Made by a program: the position numbers and the translations under genes
In this document: in pieces, positions 1 through 31,316 of the stretch
How positions within the stretch are numbered: position 1 is the first letter of the stretch
Layout: the number at the start of each line of letters is the position of its first letter
NCBI GenBank assembly: GCA_002269645.1
Contig: NIVC01004418.1
Span: 1-46,657 of the forward strand
DNA: 46,657 nt
Direction of reading: 5' to 3'
DNA from: Macrostomum lignano
Taxonomy: Eukaryota
The notes under the pieces: model-generated
The model's input: only the letters and a program-made list of their open reading frames with translations
The model's database searches: none
Told to the model about the DNA's origin: nothing

Positions 1-17972
<17,972 letters not shown>

Positions 17973-19647
17973 GACTTCATAAAATAAGGATAAGATAAAG
18001 ATATAACACCAATGCCCATAAAGTGATATAGTTTTTATATTTTTTATCAAATAAATTTACTAGATCTTATTATACCTTTGCAATTTGTATAAGATTTTTA
18101 TTGCAATTTAAAAAAATTACAAAATATTACAAATAGCATGAATAAACCTTGGGTTATCCTAGTTTAGCTAGGTTGGCTGACTATCTATGGCTAAAATAGT
18201 ACTAATGTTAGTAGCAACAAGTTGCTTCTAATACTAAAACTGAGATCCATAGGAATAATCATAAATAATTATTATACTACTCTAATTAGACATACTTATA
18301 GCCCTAGAAACAAGAATAACATTATGGCTAAGCTAACTAGACTGCAACTATGGCTATCTATAAGCTATTCAATTCTTATAAGATCAATTTGAAAGACATA
18401 GGCCTAAGCCTATTATTAGACAGTTGTCTTAGTAACTTACATTTATAGACTTTATTGCAGCCAAAGGAAATTATTGTAGATAGCATTAGTGTAGATTGGC
18501 CCTTTGCATTGTAGGCATTAGCATTAGTGGCATAAGTCTATCTAGTGCATTATTGCAATCTAGGATAGGGAAAAGAGATAGATCTGGGTAAACTCATCAA
18601 CTTTTTATTTATCAACTATGTTGATGAGTTTACCATAATTTGCATAGGGAATAACAGATATGCAATATAATAAGTGTATAGAATTAAGAGATGCAAACAG
18701 AAGCAAAAGCAATAAAGTTTTAATTTATGTGTATAAAACTTAGTTAAGTAATATTTTTGGTTGAATTATATTTATTAGGCCTAAAACTAATTGAAATGTA
18801 AATTGATTAGGATTGGAATCTTGACAAGGGACAAAATTGTGGTCTCCCTAGGCCTAGCTAGTTGTTAAAATGAAAGATTCTTGGTTTTACAGTTTTTTTA
18901 TTTTATTGTATCTTATATTTGATTATATTATATATAATAGACTGCTGGGTGCTGCAGTGTGCTGATGTCTCTTATCCTATCAATCTAGCAAAAAGACATC
19001 CTAGCAATAGATGATCTGCCAATCTGGCAACAATAAAGACAGGCATTGTCACAAATTGTCACAATTGACAATTGTTATGTCATGTGCCTAAAAACTAACA
19101 TGGCTCGGCTCATTTGTTTTATGAATCTATTTTGTGCACTGAGACAGCTGCTCATACTATACTATGCTTAGGAATTTACCAGTTGACAAATTTACCAGTT
19201 GACGAATTTACTATACAGCTAAGCCAATTGACGAAAAAAAAGTTGACAAGTTTAGGCCTAGCACCCAAAGAGATATCTAGAGTAGGCCTAGTTTAGACTT
19301 TGGCTACAATTGGCCTAAGACCTAAGGTTTATGCAATTAATTCACCTTTATACGCATCTAAGCTAGGGTATGCCTGCTTAGCTTATAAAATAAGTTAACT
19401 AAGCTATCAATAATATAGGCCCCCCTTAGATAGGGCCTATTTAAGCCTATAGAAATAATATAGATTTTAACTTTATTAGACCTACATGCTAAGTCAAATA
19501 CAACTTTTTGGCTGACAAGCATATTATGAAAATATTATGAGAATAGTATTGAGAATATTATTAGGGCCTAGGCCTAAAAATATAAAAATATTATTTGTAT
19601 AGGCCTATTTATATTAACTATAAAGAATAAAAGTAAGGGCCTAGGTA

Positions 19648-20925
19648 GGGACTTCAGTGAGTTATAAGAAGTGCGTGCCAATGGCAAAAAAGTAAGAAAA
19701 AAGTCCAATTTTTCAAGGGCGATTTTAAAGAAACTATAGAAGCCAGGATGAAAGTAAAATATGCATTTAAAAGGTAAAAAGGAGCTCTTTCAAATGACAC
19801 CAACTGCAAGTCTAGCTTTGTTATACTTTTTGCACTGTCTATTTTTAAAGTTGACCATTTTTAGGAGGAATATAAAATTGAAGCCAAAATGAATAAAAAA
19901 ACAGTGGTTCAGAAAATGCTTTTTCTTAGCTGCAATGTGTTTCTTATAATGGAAACAAAGGTTTTATAGTGTAAAGGGATAATTTAGAAACATTTTTCTG
20001 GTGTTAAAAAAAATTTTTTTTTTCTTTTAATGCCCATATGGCTCTATGCAAAATTTCAAATCCAAAATTTTCCATGAAATCCTTTTCCTGCATTGTTTCT
20101 CTTTATATTTTTCATTACCTATTGACAATACAAGCACAGTAAAAAAAACCGCTTGTCAATAGCTATAGGCGCAAAAATTTTGTGGAGGTTTCTTTTTTTG
20201 ATACGTTTACATGTAAAATACCCATTGAAACGTGTATTTCGTGTTTTTTGTGAGACTCTGCCTTCCGGCAAACTAGTTCTCTGTGTCATTTAACTAATTC
20301 TGCTATGCTGAACACGATAGACAAAACCGTTTTTTAATAAACCCATGCGCAAAGCCTGTACAGCACATTACATTGCAGTTGGGGTGTCTGTCATGCATTA
20401 AAAATTTAGGGCAAGAAGTAGAATAGTATTATAGTAGGTAAAAACCTGAACAAAATGACACTAGCCTTGTATAAATTAAGCAAGCAGAACAGATGCTATT
20501 GTATTTTTAAAATTGCAATCATTGCGTATCTGGTTAAAATAGTCAAAATTTCATACACCCATCCTGTTTCAATTAGCTTAGCAACTTGGGCATATAAAAT
20601 AATATTAAAATATATAATTCATACAATTAACACTAAAAAACTGAACAAAATGACACCAAGCACAGTCATTTTGGTTGGCTAGAAAATTAATTACAAGTGT
20701 TCAAAGACAAAAAGCCAACTTTTTGGCCAAAAATGATCACAAACCGTAATGTAAAAATTCCATTGGCTAAAGGCACAAATCGGGGTTACTAAAATAGCTG
20801 TAGTTTCCTTATTACTCAACCAAATCACTAAAGTTTGGCCATTTTGGAAATGGGAAAGTAAGATCTATCTAGTGAAATAGCAGCCTATAACAATTTCTGA
20901 AATTTAATTTTCTCACTGAAGTGCC
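19648..20925. mobile_element. Non-autonomous DNA transposon, 14-bp TIR flanked by TA
   Basis: TA|GGGACTTCAGTGAG ... CTCACTGAAGTGCC|TA (13/14 match); no ORF; interrupts the TAGGCCTA-rich domain. Confidence 0.6.
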
Positions 20926-21902
20926 TAGCCTAGGCTTAGGCCTATTGCAAACTAAGATATATATAGGCAACTAGCAATAGACAATTTATACAACTGGTAT
21001 TCAAACAAGTAAATTACATGTTTATTTTAATATAGGCTACTTAAGTCTAAAATGGGCCAAGACAAGACCATGGATTCATGGAACTGGAACCTGCATAGGG
21101 GCCTAGCCTAGGCCTAGCTAGCTACATGTATAGGCCTATTCTTTGTCTGCTAGCAAACAAAAAGGCAGTTAGATGAAATCACTGCACACCCCAATTTCTA
21201 GGCCTATTTATTTTTTTATATATGTAAAATTAAAAACATATGGCTAGCCTATACCCTAGTTTGTAATTTATTAGGTGACTAGGCCTAGGCCTACTGGGCC
21301 TATTTCATTTACAAAATTTTAGACTGCTGCCTGCCTCTGAACATAAAAAATCGAAATGTTATCCATGGCCATGATAAAGTCAAACTAGTGGCTTGTGTAG
21401 GCCTAGGCCCTAGTGCCTAGGAGGCTTTTCCTAAAGGTTTTTGTTAATCGTCAATTGTCAGACCCGCCACTAATTTAGACAATAGCTTTAGGGGGGGGGG
21501 GCTTCAGCGCGAGGCCGGGGGATGGCTTACAATTATATATAAAATGGCCTAGCCTTCCAGCTACTGCAACCAGCTTCATGAAGTCTGATATTTCTTAGTG
21601 AACCGAAGTGTATTCCAATATCTTTCTCTTTTTCTTTCTTTCTCTCTCGTCTCTATAAGTTGCATGATAAGGCAATAAGTGCCTAATCATTTTTAAACAT
21701 CAAAAATTAAATTTCTGTAAATGATAAACAAAACATGCCGCAATTGGTTATTGCTAAATCATTTAAACTGTCTAAGATTGTTTTATTTTATTAAAAAACA
21801 ATTTATTTAAGCTGCTAGTAAACTACTGAGCTTCTATATTAAATATCAGCTGATAATCAGCTGTCTTTTAGATTAGAATACTTATGAGCTTCAGCTTTGT
21901 TC

Positions 21903-22650
21903 TTATTATAAACAGACACTGGCACCGGGGTCAGCGAAGCACCCGCTGGCCGCTGGTGGAAAACAGTAAGGTCGAGCCTAGCTGCAGACTGAGGGGTATA
22001 TTGTCCCAGAGCCTGCAGAGAGAAGAGTATCGATCAGTTAGAGTGGTGCAGCCAACCTAATGGCCCTTGGCGGTCTCCCGCGGCCATAAGGGGCTGAGCA
22101 GCAGGTCGGCGAGTGGGGGCTTTGTGCCCCGTGGGTGGGCACGCACGCAGTGGCCGCGATCAACATCTGCATGGCGTCGCCTCTGCAGAGGGTACGTGTG
22201 GCGGCACGCGGGTTCGGGTCGCCAGCTCGGCGTTGTTCATGCGCAAGCGCAGGGAACCGGATGCCCAGGGCATTGCCCAGGAGGTGGCGATGGCAGGCCT
22301 CCAAGCTCGCCTCACAAGTGGCAGTTATGAAAATAGCTTCCAAACAGCCCGGTAGGTCAGGGCCGTCTTAACTGCCGAGCGGATAGAGGGCGACCTTCCA
22401 GGCTGTGGTTGCGAGCCGGCAGTTGAAGATGGAGCGGATAAGGTGAGAAAGCCCGCCATGCCAGCTGCTTGCGGTTGTTTACAATGGCATCCGGTTCAGT
22501 GAACAGGACACCCAGATACTTGAACTGCAGTAATTGCACACTGGGCGATGGTGTTGCCGTCCGGCAGAAAGCATCGCCAGGTCGTCGGCGCAGGCGAGGC
22601 AGGTAGATCATCTTGACACAGAGAAAGCGGGAGCTACGGCGAGGCACCTG
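21903..22650 (-). pseudogene. 5'-truncated, frameshifted RTE-like non-LTR retrotransposon remnant (RT C-terminal region)
   Basis: Stitched frames QFKYLGVLF..NRKQLAWRAFS / IRSIFNCR..AWKVALY / RSAVKTALTY / LEACHRHLLGNALGIRF / GHCVR follow the RTE pattern FKYLG..RI..A..AF..K..LY..LLYG..LGI..GH..R; short TAA-like tail near 21903. Confidence 0.75.
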
Positions 22651-23081
22651 CATCCCGTATTAATCCCGTATTAAAATAGCACAAGCATGTGCGAGATTCA
22701 ATTTAAGCTACTGAGAATAGTAGAGGAATAAAGTTTTTAATATTAAATCTTCATATAGCCTAAAAATTTCGTAATAAAAGAAATGGCACGTTTGCCTCCT
22801 GAAAAATCGACACGTTCGTGCATGTACATCACATGTACGCCGAAAAAAGGTTGTCTACGATCCTGATATTGGTATGTTTTCTCAGAGCCAACAATGACCA
22901 GAAATCGTAAAGGAATTTGTCCAAAAAGTTTATGATCGACAAATCGACAATTTAAACTACTGGACATACATCTTAATAGCTATGAGACGGTGGAAGAGGT
23001 GACTACTCGTAAAAAGCAGCATCTTCTAGTCATGTTTTCAGGACAACTGATCTTAATCTAGGACTGGGTCATTTATTAATC

Positions 23082-23410
23082 GGGGGCCTCATTATGGAGA
23101 CCGAAGTTTCACAACGCCAAAAAATTCTGCATGGTCCAAAATATGAAACTTCAATGTTATGAAGTGCCTATAACTAGCTTGCATATTGAGTTTTGTACGA
23201 TGCGAAATTTCGGATTTATGAAGGAACATGCAGGTATGTTTCGGTGTTGTGAAATTTCGGTCTTATGAAGGAACATGCAGGTATGTTTCGGCGTTGTGAA
23301 ATTTCGGTCTTATGAAGGAACATGCAGGTATGTTTCGGCGTTGTGAAATTTCGGTCTTATGAAGGAACATGCAGGTATGTTACGGCGTTGTGAAATTTCG
23401 GTTCTTGTGA
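23082..23410. mobile_element. MITE-like element whose right terminal region is a 47-bp tandem array (~4.3 copies, 23200-23402)
   Basis: GACCGAAGTTTCACAACGCC (~23099) is the reverse complement (1 mismatch) of GGCGTTGTGAAATTTCGGTC in the tandem units; unit starts 23204, 23251, 23298, 23345, 23392. Confidence 0.6.
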
Positions 23411-24384
23411 AAATATTTGCAGCCGTATGCATAAAAGTTAGTAAAAGTTACCGTCGTCCAATGCCCCCTATATTGAGCAGTCTGCAGTGTCAGCAATTCA
23501 GTCCAGCATATGCCATCCTGTGTAAAAAAAAGTAAGTTTTTCATGGCGACACAGATGCTGGCCACCCATCAAGTCGGTCAACAAGAGCTCTCAGTAGCTC
23601 TCGGTCAGAGTTTGATATAGTTAGTTATTCTAAGTGTTGTAGCAAATTCTGCAACCCATATCGCCATATTAGAAGCTATCATTCGGGCCAGTTAATTTGC
23701 ATAATCCAAATCGATTAGCTTGCGATTATTCAAATGAGACGAAGGTGCACGAGAAGACACCAACTGTAAAATTTGCGGGCAAACAGAAAGTTAAAAACTA
23801 TAAATTCATGCAGCATTTTTTGCTTAACTTTCTTTCGCACGCTGAGGTAGGTCGAAAATCATATACGCTCCTATAGAGAACTTTTCCCGAGGAAATATCT
23901 GCTTTTAGTAGCAAAGAGCGACTGAGCTGAGTGTGCGATGGCGGTCGTGCAACAGCTGACTAATAAAACATTGCGTCCAATAAAAGCTGCTGAATCCAAT
24001 AAAATGCCCGGCCCTCCCCTCCAGCGTATTGATTGACAGATGAAGCTGGTCTGGCTGCACGGTGGGGGTGGTTTCAATCCATCACGGAGCTTGTTTGTCT
24101 AGCCATAAAGTTTTTAACCCTTCATCTCTCTCTAGGGGAGGGGAGCGCTATACCTGATCCCGTCTTATTGTTGATCCCTGTGGCAATTTAACCTGCAGCT
24201 CGCCCGTGTGCATGTGAAAATCTATTTATCTTTTGCATTTTTAATAACACTATAAGTACTTGATCAGTAATGCATCGAGTTGATCCCACCACTTTTTTAT
24301 GCCTTGATGGTCACTCAAAAAATAAATTAGAAAATATTTATAAAACTAAAGATATTGCAACATTTCTAAATGCATCAATTCAAA

Positions 24385-26751
24385 GAGACAGTGAACTGAA
24401 GAGACAGTGAACTGAAGACACAGTGAAGAGACAGTGAACTGAAGAGACAGTGAAGAGACAGTGAACTGAAGAGACAGTGAAGAGACAGTGAACTGAAGAG
24501 ACAGTGAACTGAAGAGACAGTGAAGAGACAGTGAACTGAAGAGACAGTGAACTGAAGAGACAGTGAACTGAAGAGACAGTGAACTGAAGAGACAGTGAAG
24601 AGACAGTGAACTGAAGAGACAGTGAAGAGACAGTGAACTGAAGAGACAGTGAACTGAAGAGACAGTGAACTGAAGAGACAGTGAACTGAAGAGACAGTGA
24701 ACTGAAGAGACAGTGAACTAAAGAGACAGTGAAGAGACAGTGAACTGAAGAGACAGTGAACTAAAGAGACAGTGAACTAAAGAGACAGTGAACTGAAGAG
24801 ACAGTGAACTGAAGAGACAGTGAACTAAAGAGACAGTGAACTGAAGAGACAGTGAACTGAGGAGACAGTGAACTGAGGAGACAATGAACTGAGGAGACAG
24901 TGAACTGAAGAGACAGTGAAGAGACAGTGAACTGAAGAGACAATGAACTGAAGAGACAATGAACTGAGGAGACAATGAACTGAGGAGACAGTGAACTGAA
25001 GAGACAGTGAACTGAAGAGACAGTGAACTGAAGAGACAGTGAACTGAAGAGACAGTGAACTGAGGAGACAGTGAACTGAGGAGACAGTGAACTGAGGAGA
25101 CAATGAACTGAAGAGACAGTGAACTGAAGAGAAAGTGAACTGAAGAGACAGTGAACTGAAGAGACAGTGAACTGAAGAGACAGTGAACTGAGGAGACAGT
25201 GAACTGAAGAGACAGTGAAGAGACAGTGAACTGAAGAGACAATGAACTGAAGAGACAGTGAACTGAAGAGACAGTGAAGAGACAGTGAACTGAAGAGACA
25301 GTGAAGAGACAGTGAACTGAAGAGACAGTGAACTGAAGAGACAGTGAACTGAAGAGACAGTGAACTGAAGAGACAGTGAACTGAAGAGACAGTGAACTGA
25401 AGAGACAGTGAACTGAAGAGACAGTGAACTGAAGAGACCGTGAACTGAGGAGACAATGAACTGAGGAGACAGTGAACTGAGGAGACAGTGAACTGAAGAG
25501 ACAGTGAACTGAAGAGACAGTGAACTGAAGAGACAGTGAAGAGACAGTGAACTGAAGAGACAGTGAAGAGACAGTGAACTGAAGAGACAGTGAACTGAAG
25601 AGACAGTGAACTGAAGAGACAGTGAACTGAGGAGACAGTGAACTGAAGAGACAGTGAAGAGACAGTGAACTGAAGAGACAGTGAACTGAAGAGACAGTGA
25701 ACTGAAGAGACAGTGAACTGAGGAGACAGTGAACTGAAGAGACAGTAAAGAGACAGTGAACTGAAGAGACAATGAACTGAAGAGACAATGAACTGAGGAG
25801 ACAATGAACTGAGGAGACAGTGAACTGAGGAGACAATGAACTGAAGAGACAGTGAACTGAAGAGAAAGTGAAATGAAGAGACAGTGAACTGAGGAGACAG
25901 TGAACTGAGGAGACAGTGAACTGAGGAGACAATGAACTGAAGAGACAGTGAACTGAAGAGAAAGTGAACTGAAGAGACAGTGAACTGAAGAGACAGTGAA
26001 CTGAAGAGACAGTGAACTGAGGAGACAGTGAACTGAAGAGACAGTGAAGAGACAGTGAACTGAAGAGACAATGAACTGAAGAGACAATGAACTGAGGAGA
26101 CAATGAACTGAGGAGACAGTGAACTGAGGAGACAATGAACTGAAGAGACAGTGAACTGAAGAGAAAGTGAAATGAAGAGACAGTGAACTGAAGAGACAAT
26201 GAACTGAGGAGACAATGAACTGAAGAGACAATGAAATGAAGAGACAGTGAACTGAAGAGACAGTGAACTAAAGAGACAGTGAACTGAAGAGACAGTGAAC
26301 TGAGGAGACAGTGAACTGAGGAGACAGTGAACTGAGGAGACAATGAACTGAGGAGACAGTGAACTGAAGAGACAGTGAACTGAGGAGACAGTGAACTGAG
26401 GAGACAGTGAACTGAGGAGACAATGAACTGAAGAGACAGTGAACTGAAGAGACAATGAACTGAGGAGACAGTGAACTGAGGAGACAGTGAACTGAAGAGA
26501 CAATGAACTGAAGAGACAGTGAACTGAGGAGACAGTGAACTGAAGAGACAGTGAACTGAGGAGACAGTGAACTGAGGAGACAGTGAACTGAGGAGACAAT
26601 GAACTGAAGAGACAGTGAACTGAAGAGAAAGTGAAATGAAGAGACAGTGAACTGAAGAGACAATGAACTGAGGAGACAATGAACTGAAGAGACAATGAAA
26701 TGAAGAGACAGTGAACTGAAGAGACAGTGAACTAAAGATACAGTGAACTGA
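24385..26751. repeat. 16-bp minisatellite (GAGACAGTGAACTGAA)n with 11-bp variants
   Basis: Direct observation, ~2.4 kb. Confidence 0.96.
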
Positions 26752-27554
26752 AGCCATTTGAAGTTCTATCACTTTATTTTTAGTTTATCTCAACGATGTC
26801 TCCATTTAAAATTTGCACAGGTGATATGAGAGAACGATTTTTAACTTTGAGCTTTACAACATGAAGTGCTTGGTGGCTACAAGAGGATGGGACATGAGGC
26901 AATACTTTAGCAGAGAGATTACTATAATAGCGCATTGGTTCAGTCTTTTCTAATGATTGACAGCCTGTAGTTAAGGAAAAAAGAAAAAAAATCATTCTCA
27001 AGCAATTTTTCAATCGACTCAGTCTCTTCTCTTTAATCCGCAATTGCTGGCAAGTAAGTTTTCAGGAAGCGGGAGAGCCGTCTCTCTCTCTCTCTCTCTC
27101 TCTCTTTTGCTCCCCGCCTGGCAAAAACCGCGTGGGCCATTTTTTGCTCCGGCACCAGTTATTGAGCGCTTTATAGGGGCTTTCTTCGGTAGAAAAAGAC
27201 GACTGCGGAGATCCTTGGAGAAGGTCTGCAGCTTTTAGAAGCGGTGCAGTGTTCTCTCCCTCTCTTTCTCTTACTCATTTCTGCTTTCTAACGACGGTGT
27301 AGAAAAGCATCTGTCGTTCCGGTCAGATCTATATGAATTTCAAACATGGATGAGGAATGAGAAAATTAATCTTCTGCCCATCTGAAGCTTATACGAGTAG
27401 CATTGGTTAAAACACGCTTTCAGCATGTGTGCCTAATTAACTATTGTCCGGGGCGATTTACAAGCATCTTGTGCGTGTAACTCAACATGTTGATTAGTTC
27501 TGCATCAGAGTGTCTCAGTCTGAGAAATTATAAGTGTTATTGAAGGAGAGGAGG

Positions 27555-29063
27555 GGAGCAGGAGATGCGGAGGCAGATGTAGGGAAGCAGTGAGATGCAG
27601 AGACAGATGTAGGGAAGCAGGGAGATGCAGAGACAGATGTAGGGAAGCAGGGAGATGCAGAGACAGATGTAGGGAAGCAGGGAGATGCAGAGACAGATGT
27701 AGGGAAGCAGGGAGATGCAGAGACAGATGTAGGGAAGCAGGGAGATGCAGAGACAGATGTAGGGAAGCAATAAGAGGCAGAGGCAGATGTAGGGAAGCAG
27801 GGAGATGCAGAGACAGATGTAGGGAAGCAGGGAGATGCAGAGACAGATGTAGGGAAGCAATAAGAGGCAGAGGCAGATGTAGGGAAGCAGGGAGATGCAG
27901 AGACAGATGTAGGGAAGCAGGGAGATGCAGAGACAGATGTAGGGAAGCAATGAGAGGCAGAGACAGATGTAGGGAAGCAGGGAGATGCAGAGACAGATGT
28001 AGGGAAGCAGGGAGATGCAGAGACAGATGTAGGGAAGCAATGAGAGGCAGAGGCAGATGTAGGGAAGCAGGGAGATGCAGAGACAGATGTAGGGAAGCAG
28101 GGAGATGCAGAGACAGATGTAGGGAAGCAATGAGAGGCAGAGACAGATGTAGGGAAGCAATGAGAGGCAGAGACAGATGTAGGGAAGCATGGGAGATGCA
28201 GAGACAGATGTAGGGAAGCAGTGAGATGCAGAGACAGATGTAGGGAAGCATGGGAGATGCAGAGACAGATGTAGGGAAGCAGGGAGATGCAGAGACAGAT
28301 GTAGGGAAGCAATGAGAGGCAGAGACAGATGTAGGGAAGCAATGAGAGGCAGAGACAGATGTAGGGAAGCAATGAGAGGCAGAGGCAGATGTAGGGAAGC
28401 AGGGAGATGCAGAGACAGATGTAGGGAAGCAGGGAGATGCAGAGATAGATGTAGGGAAGCAGGGATATGCAGAGATATATGTAGGGAAGCAATGAGAGGC
28501 AGAGGCAGATGTAGGGAAGCAGGGAGATGCAGAGACAGATGTAGGGAAGCAGGGAGATGCAGAGATAGATGTAGGGAAGCAATGAGAGGCAGAGGCAGAT
28601 GTAGGGAAGCAGGGAGATGCAGAGACAGATGTAGGGAAGCAGGGAGATGCAGAGATAGATGTAGGGAAGCAATGAGAGGCAGAGGCAGATGTAGGGAAGC
28701 AGTGAGATGCAGAGACAGATGTAGGGAAGCAGGGAGATGCAGAGATAGATGTAGGGAAGCAATGAGAGGCAGAGACAGATGTAGGGAAGCAGTGAGATGC
28801 AGAGACAGATGTAGGGAAGCAGGGAGATGCAGAGACAGATGTAGGGGAAGCAGGGAGATGCAGAGACAGATGTAGGGAAGCAGTGAGATGCAGAGACAGA
28901 TGTAGGGAAGCAGGGAGATGCAGAGACAGATGTAGGGAAGCAGGGAGATGCAGAGACAGATGTAGGGAAGCAGGGAGATGCAGAGACAGATGTAGGGAAG
29001 CAGTGAGATGCAGAGACAGATGTAGGAAAGCAGGGAGATGCAGAGACAGAGGTAGGGGAAGCA
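27555..29063. repeat. 30-bp minisatellite (GGGAGATGCAGAGACAGATGTAGGGAAGCA)n
   Basis: Direct observation; 10-aa periodic spurious ORFs. Confidence 0.96.
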
Positions 29064-29755
29064 GGATGTTATTATAGACAGCTAGCAAGAAGTCAAGAAA
29101 AAACCTAATTACGAGTATATATGTAATAGCCAGGAACATAGAGGAAATAAACATGGGAGAATAAGGAGCTTATAAAGCGATTAAGAAGTCAAATATATTT
29201 CTATCAAGCTCAGCTAATCTCAGGCTTAAGTTCATGGATTTTATTTTAGCAGCATGCAGAAACCGATAAAGTTTCAATTCATGATTCAACTGTACTGTAA
29301 TATCGGAGTAGGAGATGTAGGATCTGGAACTGGAAAGAAAACGAACTGAAGAGTCTTCAGGTGGCCGAGCTTCTCTGCGTTTTCACATTTCACCTGGTGC
29401 AGTGAAGGAAACAAAGAGCGGTCGGAAATGTTCACAGGATCGAGTAAAGTGGCTCGTTGAAATCTGAAAGAGAGATGAAAATGAAATTTTGGCAGGCGGT
29501 ATAGGAAATGTTACTAGAGATATGCGATAAGAGTATTAAAAAAAGATTTTATTAAACTATGAAGTCGCAAAGTAAAAAAGTGCATAATCGGTATATTTGA
29601 AAACATTTTTGCATTCGGCATATATTTGGGCGGTTTGGAAAAATAACCAGAGACCAGCGTCGGCTCGCCATCATAATAGCTCGTAAACCCGAAATATCAT
29701 TGTTGTATTTTCCGCTTCCGCCGTGCTTCGCGGGTACAAGGACAACTTAAATAGA

Positions 29756-30394
29756 AGGACGCAACACTCGAAATCTATGGTAAATGTTTTGAAGGCAACT
29801 TTTCGCCGAAAAATACACTACAGAGATAGGAGGTTTTAATTTTTTTCAGCACAAAAATTGTTATTGATTTTTATAGGAGACAGATCCAATGTTCATCTTT
29901 TGATATGTTGTGCCTTTCTTATTTCTCTATCGATATTCATAAAGCTTTTCGTTCAGAAATAGTTTTAAAGGCAGGTTTCACCGGAAAAATACACTACGGA
30001 GCTACGAAATTTCACGATTTTCAACACTAAAACAGTGATTGGGTCCCTTAACAGTGTCAGAGAAAGTTCTAATCACACTATTTTGTGCCTCAATGTATGC
30101 TGCTCTAACGACGCATTAATCGATTTTTCATGTTAAATTAGTCTTTTCATTATTTTACATGTAAACGTTTTTTAAGTGACAGAGCGTTGAGCAGCATGTG
30201 AGGCACAAAATAGAATATCGATAGAGCAATAAGAAAGGCACAACATATCAAAAGATGAACATTGGATCTGTCTTCTGTCAAAAGCAATAACAATTTTTGT
30301 GCTGAAAAAATTTAAATCTCCTATCTCTGTAGTGTATTTTTCGGCGCAAAGTTGCCTTCAAAACATTTACCATAGATTTCGAGTGTAGCGTCCT
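29756..30394. mobile_element. Foldback/MITE with ~185-bp terminal inverted repeats
   Basis: 29756-29938 is the reverse complement of about 30206-30394 (AGGACGCAACACTCGAAATCTATGG... / ...CCATAGATTTCGAGTGTAGCGTCCT); no clean TSD. Confidence 0.8.
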
Positions 30395-31316
30395 AGATAT
30401 ATGTTACTTGAGTAGTCTTTGGGCCGGTATGCTAGGCCGGAGAGCGCGGCAACCCCCATAACGTACGGATACTTCGGACCGGAAGTAGAGGGGCGGGGAG
30501 CGTACGGACACTTCACAGACCCGAGCGAACCGCTATGGGAGGAAAGCATTTAGGAGATACTCTTAGGACAAATGGATGAAAAGTAAACACGACAGTACCG
30601 GGGCTGGTTGGGGCTAAGCCACGCAGGGCGGGGGTTGGTGGGGGAGACAAAACTCACAGAGTTGAAGGGCGAGAGTGAAGGAAGGGGGAAGGCTAGCCAA
30701 TCAGGTGCCTCCATGGCAAGAGACATGATTGGACTGGCCCCAGACGAGAGAGAGAGAGAGACACCAGCCAATGAAAATGAAAACGAGAAAAATAAAATGA
30801 AGAATGGCAGCGTCAGACGGAGGGGGGCAGACCAGAATGAATCAGTGGCAGGGAGAGGAATAGGCGTTCGGGTCAAGGGGATTGTGAGGTGCAGCTCACA
30901 ACATGATTGCTCAACCTAATCCTAAATAGCGTTGGGCGTTGCTAGCACTTTCGCAGTTATTGGTATTTCAGTTATGATGCGTGTAGCAGTGAACGTGTCT
31001 GATGGTCGACCGATGAACGGTCGGATGCGCCAATAATTTTTCATAGCGCTTATTCTTTATCGTTGGCGTTTGCTATTTTGTTCCAAAAATAGTTAACCAT
31101 TATTCTAGAGTTTAGGTGAAGAAATAAATTGAATTGGCTAATGGTTAACCATACATGTAGACAATACGAATAACCATTCAGTATCCTAAAAGCAGATTTT
31201 TTACAATACCGCTTGCTTCAGATTTGTCTATGACTTAAATTTAGTTTTAAAGTGCATAAAACTAAACACGTGATAGCGTCAGCAGAAGCTTATAGAAATA
31301 ACAAGAGTAGCTGAAA

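Noticed and set aside
21550-21686. Minus-strand HLLPYHATYRDE.. looked like the PSME4 N-terminal LLPY exon
   Set aside because: Needs a frameshift and a non-canonical donor; 17972-17809 aligns far better with clean splice sites.
24718-29154. Long ORFs (415-684 aa) in the 16-bp and 30-bp arrays; similar ORFs at 14614-15327, 15761-16512, 37686-38184, 39013-39421, 41604-42670, 44153-44639
   Set aside because: Products of tandem repeats lacking stop codons in several frames at once.
26780-29480. Minus-strand exon-like segments (26966-26780; 29460-29280)
   Set aside because: Acceptors are present but there is no recognisable protein similarity or phase-consistent gene model; needs RNA evidence.
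30402-30903. Possible solo LTR (TGTT...AACA, CCAAT, GC and ETS boxes)
   Set aside because: No TSD and no second copy; could simply be promoter sequence of the TSP1 gene.
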